A stretch of 56,219 bases of DNA, the filler included, from Sphacelaria rigidula (taxonomy: Eukaryota): NCBI GenBank assembly GCA_964200075.2. It is 7 parts of 7 records of this genome, joined end to end, with 100 filler letters (N's around TTAATTAATTAA, not from the genome) between each part and the next. Parts side by side here need not be neighbours in the genome. Positions count along the whole stretch, not along the records: positions 40,230 to 48,174 come from CAXNAA020012889.1; positions 48,275 to 56,219 come from CAXNAA020012890.1; 5 more parts are not named here. The stretch is one strand, 5' to 3'. The first letter of the stretch is position 1. Every line of letters begins with the position of its first letter. Below the pieces are notes generated by a model. The model made no database searches, had not been told where the DNA came from, and saw only the letters and a program-made list of their open reading frames with translations. The position numbers were made by a program, and so were the translations under genes. This document shows positions 47,827 to 56,219 of the stretch, piece after piece.

Positions 47827-48081
47827 CACTATTACTGTTACTATCACCATTACTAACACCCTGCCGGACCGGGCCGGAATCTTCGATACACATTCAGGTA
47901 TGGCTTGGTATGTCAGCCAATAATCCCCACTTCCGAGTATTGTACTGTACACCCTATACCCTACAGAACGTTACCTTGGAAATCCTGGTTGCGGGTATGA
48001 GAGGTATACAGAGGTCATAGAGCTGTCGGCTACGGACAATACCCCCGGGTAAATACCTCCGGGTATGTATCAATCAACTGT

Positions 48082-48174
48082 GACACTTTCTACGATAGCC
48101 CCCTCCCAAAAAGTGCATGGTTTTGGGAGGCAAAGTCTCCACGTAAATCGAAATGGGGAAAGCCGAGCGCAACG
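48082..48174. mobile_element. Left end of GAC-family MITE, truncated by contig end
   Basis: GACACTTTCTACGATAGCCCCC. Confidence 0.8.
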
Positions 48175-48274
48175 NNNNNNNNNNNNNNNNNNNNNNNNNN
48201 NNNNNNNNNNNNNNNNNNTTAATTAATTAANNNNNNNNNNNNNNNNNNNNNNNNNNNNNNNNNNNNNNNNNNNN
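48175..48274. other. Artificial contig linker
   Basis: N44-TTAATTAATTAA-N44. Confidence 0.98.
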
Positions 48275-50089
48275 AGCGCCTATGTTGACCTGCCTCCTGT
48301 GTGACCCCGGCTGATGCGCCCACACATACCGAAAGTTGTAGACTGGTGCCCAGAATAAATGGGACGACAACGCACACACACAATACAGCAAATTTGAATG
48401 GATGAAAAACGTTCAATAGAAATACGCAGAGGGACCGGAAGAAAGGCAGAAAGAAAGGCGAAAAGGGAAAACAAAGCAGCTATTCCCTGCGAACAACGCA
48501 GGTGGATAGTTCGTTCATACGAACAGTAAGCCCCTAATTTCTCGAATGATGCCTTGTTGACAGTATTTCGAAGGGGGAAGGCAAATCAGGCAAATTATTA
48601 TATAACACTAAGACCGGGGGAAGACTTGATCGGAAAGACGGTAACGGGAAATAAAATGGCCACAAACGCCTCTCTTTTCTCTCAATGTGTCTCTTCTCAG
48701 GGCGCGTCTCTTGGCAGAAAAAGGAATGAATTCGGTGTCGATTCTCTGTATTGTTACGACTGGGTCACGCTCCGGAAGCGATTTCCTCCCTAAATTTACG
48801 AGATATTGTACCCATGACAACAAACACCTGGCAAACCTCAATCGACCAAAGCGGTTCAAAAGCTGGTGATGAGAATTGCACTCCTCTTCAAACAGTACTC
48901 TCAAACAGTACTCAATAGCCCGAACGATAGCTCGTACTCAACCACCCAGGAGGGGCACGTAACATCATTCCCGGGAGTCGTTCATTCGACTTCCCCCCTC
49001 CGGCGATTTTTTCGGACCAAACACTGATCTCCCACAGTTGTTCCCAGGCAAAGTACGGACTATCATGCATTAACGCACAGGCGTCTTATACCAGAATAAT
49101 TTTTCGAACAGAACACCGATTTCTCAACGATGTTCCCGATCAAATTCGGATTTCTTATAACTCAGCCAGCGACCGGACACATACATACACTTCGCCTCCT
49201 CCTCCCTCCCTCCCCCCTCTGCGTTCCAATTACTTCAAGGTTTTGGGGGTTTGGCTCCTGGAAAATGTCGGTATGTGCCCCCCTGAACCACGTATGATGA
49301 CATACTTATTTCGGCTTCGATGTCACGACATGCGCTTGCAGTGACAATTTCCGCGAGGCTGCACAACATGAACGGTGCCAAAAATGCGTATTTTGGGGTG
49401 GATACACACACGTGTTTGCGCAGGGTGGACATACACACGTGTTTGCGCACATCATTGGCTGTACCTTAAACAAATACAGGATAACATTCGCCAGAGACTT
49501 CGGAGAAGGAGACATATGGAACGACATGAGAGAGTAAATAGTGCAAACTGTACAGAAGAAAATGAAGGAAGGAGGAGAAAGGGAAATAAAGGAGAGGGAA
49601 GGAGAAGAACAAGCAAACCTGCTGAGCTGACGACCTAGTTCCGGTCCCAAGAGAAAATCTTTGACAGACCCCTATCACGTGGCTCGAGGTTGAGAAAGTC
49701 GTGCAGAATTGAACAAGAACAAAACAGAACATGCTGGATATCGCAAGATATGGAGCCAAATGCACTCGATCAAGCACCTTGGATTCTAGTGTAGCAAGGC
49801 TACCTGCCGAAGTTGCATGTTCTGGCATGTTAGGTACACTTTTGTTGTTCGTAAAGTTGTAACATGCACTGACGACATAAACTGACGCCCATACAAGCTT
49901 TTCAAAGCGCTTTTTTTCATAAAAGTGTCCGAGTATTCGATTTCAGGCAAGGGTTGGGGTCATCTTATGGCTCAAGCAGTTTGATTGCGGCATGTGCGAC
50001 AACGCATCAATTATTGGCACCCTGTTTGTTTTCGGTTTTGTTTTCAGTTGGCGTGATTTTCGTTATGACGTGTGCCCACGAGCTCCTTC

Positions 50090-53000
50090 TTGTCCTGAGC
50101 CACCCGAGCCGTCGTGAATGTTGCCACCCCGTTGTCCACCTTGTCGTGCTATCGGACGTTGTTCATGGGCATTGTTTTCCAGTTTTAAGGCTCGATTCCG
50201 AAATGTATCGGGTCGTCAGTGGGGCATGTTCGCCGCCTCCTTTTCGTCCTATCCTCGCCTCCCGCCCTTGTGCCCCCCCTTTTCCCGTCCAAGACTCCAC
50301 CCATATTCCTCAGAAGCCAGCGTTCGCTGCTTAGCGAGTGATTCATCTTGCGAACAAGAGTCTCCGTCTCCAGATTGTTGTGTCGAGACTGTCGTATCCC
50401 GTCCTTTCAACCACTTTCACATAGAAGACAGCGTTCCATTGCGGAATGGTTGAATTGCACCGCACTAGGAGTTGATGTCAAATCATGTGAAGTTTGGTGT
50501 AGTGAGTCTTAGCGCACAACTTCGAGCACTTCGTCTTTTAGCATCCGGATTAAAAGGTGCAGCGATGCGGTCGATGTAGGTCTGTCGTACAACACTCGGC
50601 CGAACTTCCTGTTCTGTCACCACACAAGTCGGTTGCGGCATTTGAGGTCGGAGGCATGTCGGCCGCCCCGTTGATGGAGGTTCCTAGACCCCCGACGTCT
50701 TCTGTTCGGGTATGCCGTGGCCCCGCTGCCCTGATATCCATTGTATCCGCTTTGGGTGTGGCGCAGACACGCACATCCCCTCCGTCTTCTTAGCCAACAC
50801 GGCCAGTTCAGATGCTTTGCACGCTGGGACAGTGACTGTCATTGTCTTGGGGAGTATCGCCTGCGACCTTGGCGTAATGCCCTTGACGCAATACCAGTGT
50901 TGTCGGCGCATGGCATGGTCCAGAGCCCCTGCGCAAGTTCCTTTTTCATCTCCTTCCCCCGCCCTCGTTTTGTCCAGCTACTGTGCCTCCCTCTCCTCCT
51001 CGTAGCCTGGACCCAGCGCTAATTTACCCCCTTGTGTTCCATCTTCCCCCGTTCCCCCATGCCCTCGAACCTTGAATTTCGTCTTGTACAGGAACGTTTC
51101 TTTCGCCGTGTTCTGGGCAGGGGCGAAGAGGGTCCTAAATTAGGACAGCAGGTATCTCTGCAGAGTCCCTTCTGGATTTCATACCAGTCGATTTACTCCC
51201 CATCATCGTGTTGTATATAGCCCCTCACCCCGTCATGAAACCGGCGAATGCTTTTGGCCAGAGCCTGGAACAGCTCAAGCACGGCCCAGAGAAGAATGCG
51301 ATCGACCGAGTCATACGCTCCGCTTGATCAATGAACCACAAGTACAGTAAAGTGAGGTGTTCCAAACTCCGTCGAGCTCCTACAGTCTGCACACCACGAA
51401 CATATTGCCGTGTATCGAATGTTGGGAGGGAAATCCACGCTGTTCTTATAATAGGAGCTTGTTACGGTTCAGTGTGCATCGGGTCGGTCCGCGATCTTAA
51501 GATACTGGCTGACTGCTAAGCTATTCAGCCAGCGCTGACTGGTTAGCTCAGCAGTCTGCCAAAACCCCTGTGCAGGTACAAATATTCTTTGATGATGGGC
51601 ACCGGGCGCGGTCGAGAAGATTGAGAACTTCGACGTTGCCGAGGTAAGTGGCAAGTCGACTGGTTGACGTTATCGGCGTTGGTTACAGGGATGGTAACCC
51701 TGGGGTGAGAGTACTCGGGGTTATGCGACGAACCCACCGAACTTGACTTTTGTTAAGATAGTGGTTGACTGCTGAGCTAGCCAGCAGCCAGTGCTGGCTG
51801 ATTAGCTCAGCAGTCAACCACTATCTTAAAACGCAAAAACCTCGAGCCGAACTTTGCTGGCGTGTAGACATGTCTCTGCTGTTGTCACAGTCAGGCCGAC
51901 CATTCTTCTTGCGTCACCATGATAACTTGGCAACCTACTTTGCTTTCCACGCCTTGACGATAACTTGGTGGAACTCCTGAAGGATAGCTTAATGCTCCAA
52001 TTTATCCAGTTTTTGCACTTTCGCAGGTAGATTGTCTGGTCCAGCTATTTTCCTGTCCGTGGACATTCTCAAAGCGTCCTCGGTGCCGTCGATGATCGGG
52101 GTCGTAGCGAGCGCCATCTAGGCTCCGTCTTCGGGTCCTGCATCATGATGACGGGGGCGATGAAATCCCACTTCTTATCCAGCAGCTGTGGGAATATCCT
52201 GTTCATCTCTTGAGATTGTTCACCGTGTCTTTCCGGAAGTTGTCCTCTTTGCATTTCATGTGTTGGGATTGGCGTTTCTTTGGTCCTGAGAGTTTTTTTT
52301 CCCGTTGAGGTGGGCGTTCATAAGTTACGGTTGTCATTGGGGCGGAGGTGTTCCGGGTGTTTTACGTGGTTGTCCACATGTCTTGCGGCTGCGGTTTTCT
52401 CTTCAGCTGCTTGAGCGATTTGTTGATCACGAAGACAACCTTCACGAGTGGCCTATCCGTCGGAGCGGCCTCTATGGTTTTCCGCGCGTCACGTCTCAAC
52501 TGATGTGCGACCTCAACCCGTGCGTTTGTATTGGGGTCGCACCGGCCGAGTTTATCTGTTCGTCGCGGTGCCGGTGGAATTACTTCGCTCGATACGATAC
52601 AGACGATATCAGTGAAGGTAGTGAAGCTATCGATCGTATGTATTGCTGCGGGTTGGTCCGGGAAAAAAAGATGGCGCGGCGAAGGCGTGTGCCATCTCTC
52701 TTCTTACGGGTTGATACGCGAGCTTCATACGGACGAGCTGATCGCTTCTGCCTCCGTTGGTGCGATCATGTTCCCGGTAGTTGGTGAGGATGCGGCGTAT
52801 CAGTGGGGTCGATACATGCACGATTAGATCACCAGAGTCCTCTCTCTCTACGTTGTCTGGACGTGCAGTTCGCGCGAGGCAGTGGTCTATGCGAAGCATA
52901 GGTACGTGATTGAGGCGATATCTCGTCGCCGAGGGTTGTTGTTCCTGAGGACTTGTGGGGTTGACCTCCGTTGCGCGTGCCGGAGCAGGTCTTTACAAGA

Positions 53001-53480
53001 TACGATCTTTCGCTTATCGACACGTGGTGAGAGCGGGGTGATGTTGTCGTTCCGCACGTCACAGCCGTAGGCAGCCATCACCTTACTGTCAGCACCACCT
53101 CGTTCACCAGTGCGAGCGTTCGCATCCATCACTATGAAAATTTGGTCTCCTGGTGGTGCTTGTACCGCAGCAACATTATCCAGTCCGGTCCAGCACACGG
53201 ATGTGGCGCCCAAGGTTACCCGAATGTCTTTGCCTGCCCTTTGGATTCGTTCGCTGATGTTCCCAACCAACACTTTTTCCTGACCAATAAAGAACCCTCC
53301 CACCGCCAGGCCGACTCCGTGTCGGTTTGAGCTGTCCTTGCTCCCGTTGAAGTATGCTGTACACACAGTAGCTAAAAGTATGAGAGGTCGTTTCGTGAGT
53401 GCGTATTGCTGTGGGTAGACAGATCTGCTTAACGGTATTTGGAAAATAACATAGTGCATTGTACCGTAGCTCTGGAACCA
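50090..53480 (-). mobile_element. Highly decayed RTE-type LINE (AP endonuclease plus reverse transcriptase)
   Basis: HGVGLAV and MDANARTG (APE); KIAGPDNLPA, EQRGF, AYDSVDRILLW, RFHDG and KKTEGM (RT), scattered over shifting frames; outer boundaries approximate. Confidence 0.8.
51501..51825. mobile_element. 325-bp insertion in the LINE RT, flanked by TTAA, with self-palindromic ends
   Basis: ttaa|gatactggctgactgctaagctattcagccagc ... gctggctgattagctcagcagtcaaccactatc|ttaa. Confidence 0.7.
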
Positions 53481-54059
53481 CAACTGCTACAACGCACTGG
53501 GCATGACCTTCGCAACTCAGTAAAAACCCGGGGCTGAGATCATCACCTTACACGCCGGCGCGGGTGATAAACAAGTCGTGGGGAGGGTACTGACTTCAAC
53601 GAGGAGGCGGAGATAGAGTCGAGATCATGAAGTCTACCTTGGTGATGGCGACCGTGCTGTACGTTGGCTCAGCCAGTGAGTAGATGGGTGGGGTAGAAAT
53701 AGGTCAGCTGCAAGTTCGTGAGGTTGTGAGTTGCTTGCGCATGTTCGAGGCTCCGTTGAAGCTCAGCACGGGTGTCTTGGTGTTTCCTGTCTATGTGAGC
53801 TGCATGGTAATGCTCGAGGCTACACCACTCTACATGTCATGATATCTCATGCAATATTCCACCAGTGTTGAGCGCTTGTGTGATGTTGTGACTCATCGGT
53901 GTAGCTGCGCCCGTCTGAGGTTCGGCCGTCACGACGCGTGTGCAGTGGAGTAAAGTGACTGTATCACAACCAGAGAGTGGAACGCTGTTGAGGTAGTGCA
54001 ACGCTGTTGACGCAGCTAAGACTGAACAGGAATCGTTGCTGTAGGTTTACTCGCCGCAC

Positions 54060-54201
54060 CCTCCTCCTCCTCGATCGACGTCAGATGCCTTCTTCTCGTC
54101 CAGCGCATTTGCTGGCCGGCAGATGGCGAGCTCGCCCACGTCGACCAGCAGCACGTCTGGCGTGACCATGAAGCTTTTCGACTGGAAGCGACGGAAAAAC
54201 C
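54060..54201 (-). CDS. Probable exon of an unidentified gene
   Basis: catcag| GFFRRFQSKSFMVTPDVLLVDVGELAICRPANALDEKKASDVDRGGG |gtgcgg; GC-rich, no recognisable domain. Confidence 0.35.
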
Positions 54202-55429
54202 CTGATGGAATAGGTGAACTACTTTTATATACGTTGTATACAGAAGAGATGGTATCCCTCGAACTGCGATAGACGTGGCTCGAGACATGTTTCATGCACC
54301 ATGTACTGCGGTGCTAAGTTTGTTTGTTTGCCTCGTTGACACACTCGTTTCTCACCTTGTACGCACTTTAGTCCGCGCTGCAACTGTGTTGTACTGCAAC
54401 CTTGGTTACGAGGAAGGCTTTGATACTCTCGACGAACCACATGGGCGGTACCGCACAATCGTGAATGAAAATACATGAAGCAACCGCATGCGGAAATCGG
54501 TAGACCCACTGATAACGAGGAGGGGTTAATCTCTGGAATCGGCACCACGCTCACTTGAAAATACGTTTACAACCGGGATTACGGAATACCCACCATAGCC
54601 GTCACAGGTGAATGGTCACAGGGCTTGACTGGGCTACAGTTCCTGCAGTGGGTTGTGTCGCTTGTGACCAGGTCTCGCGAGTTTTTCTTGCGCACGTGAC
54701 TGCATCGCGCCCGCCTCACTTACTGAGCACGTCTGGTTGTGCGGATGTGGCTACCGCGGACTGCTTCCACATGAAAAGTTGAAAGGTTGTTCCTTTTTCA
54801 GTGTTTTTCCTTTTCAAAAATATGGAGGCGGTATTTTTGAAGACTGGGCGCCCCAACACAGCACACCTGGCGTCTGATGATACTGGAAGTTGACGTTTGT
54901 GTAGACTGAAACCGCAGATAGCTGTTGACCCAGTAGTTCGGCGACCCAAGGCGTCTTGTGCGCTGTGTGGCTTGAAATAATGATCATGCACGATGGCGTG
55001 GTGATTCCGGAAACAAGAACACCTTTTAATGACGAATGTAGAGGGGGACGATAGGAAATCCGCGCGGAGGCAGGAGTAGATGTTGCCATTCCTAAGTCCT
55101 TTTCACGTCGCATTGTAAGCAGGGAGAGTACAGATATTCCTGCGCTGTCTGCACTGCACATGGCCCGCTTCTTTTCTTTCGCATCCTGCTGTATGAAACA
55201 TGCACACACACACATACACACTTGAGCATAGTACATGCATACAGCACAGACAGTACAGAAACAGTACAGTACTGTACTGTAAACAAGCGAACAAGCACTG
55301 CTTTGCGAATTTCACTTTCTTTTCCGGTCGAGAGCTTGCAAATTTGCTTGGACAACTAACTCGCGAGAAATGAACGATTCCGCTGGAATCAATTAATTAT
55401 ACCGCACTTTTTTTCAATCGAACAATAAT

Positions 55430-55656
55430 GTGCCAATCTACCCAAAGTTTTGGTCAAGTGTCTTGGATCGTGCCCAACATACCCTAATTTTGGGTAGAAT
55501 ACTGGGGTCATACCCAAGTGATCCTCTTTCCCCAGGTGTTGCGTAGGGTGCTTTCCCCAAATTTGGGTAGAGTATTTGAGGTCTTCACCAATCTACGCAA
55601 ACATTGGATGGAGTATTTGAGGCCGTGCCCAATCTACCGAAACCGCGGGTAGAGTA
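55430..55656. repeat. ~41-bp tandem repeat with internally palindromic units
   Basis: Units gtgcccaatcTACCCaaa..ttGGGTAgagtatttgaggtc at ~55430, 55470, ~55543, 55584 and 55625. Confidence 0.75.
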
Positions 55657-56219
55657 AATATCAACTTTTCGAGATATAGTGTATCTATATATACCCCTCC
55701 CAAAAAAGTTGATATGTCATAAAAGTTGATATATTCGTAGTCATTTTCATATACCACCCATTTTTCCATATATCGCTATGAATCTGATATATTTAGGGTA
55801 TATGATATACAGGGGTATATATAGTATATATATTATATGTCACATGATTTCTGGCTGTGACATGTATCACCTGGCATCTGACCTATATGGAACATAATAA
55901 TAGAGAGTTTCGGAAACACAAATCAGAACTCAGTGATGAGGAAAAACTCGGAGATTATCGAGAAAGTTGGGATTTAAGGCCAGGGTATGACGAATTCCCC
56001 TAGGTAAACCCCGAAAACGGAACCCTGAGGAGAGACATGCGCAGCAACTCAGGTTTCATTTTCAATTAAAAAAAAAAAACCGAGTTGCCAGACAGCCCAA
56101 AGCGGTGGTGCCAAACTCAGGGCTATGAAACGGAACTAGATACCCTGCCCCATAACGACCAAGGTTACAGAACACAGCCGTAGGACAAATATCATAAGTG
56201 AGGTGGTGGCGGATGTTTT

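Noticed and set aside
48608-49830. Further minus-strand exons (e.g. GSVKDFLLGPELGRQLS near 49619-49674)
   Set aside because: Plausible splice sites, but no homology signal or secure phase chain

Overview
This is not one locus. It is seven unrelated eukaryotic contigs of 7,945-7,946 bp (1-7946, 8047-15992, 16093-24038, 24139-32084, 32185-40129, 40230-48174, 48275-56219), joined by artificial N44-TTAATTAATTAA-N44 linkers. Short exons in long introns, CTG/GTT-repeat acceptor tracts and the repeat content suggest a brown alga or related stramenopile (inference). Most ORFs in the track are spurious. Supported partial genes are the 3' exons of an FAD synthase with a hydrophobic C-terminal tail (contig 1), internal exons of a Patched/NPC1-like protein (contig 2), seven exons of a large conserved protist protein (contig 4), and the first two exons of NUP93/Nic96 (contig 6). 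Contig 3 is a decayed Ty3/Gypsy LTR retrotransposon. It has a CCCH zinc finger in gag, a dUTPase-like relic, a deleted RT core, and an integrase followed by chromodomain-like and Tudor-like modules; this is the best novelty candidate. Contig 7 carries a decayed RTE-type LINE. The rest is dense in MITEs, foldbacks, SINEs and mini/microsatellites, including a recurring 4-bp-TSD MITE group with a shared CTACGATAG terminal core. All family assignments come from motif recognition by eye, not database searches.
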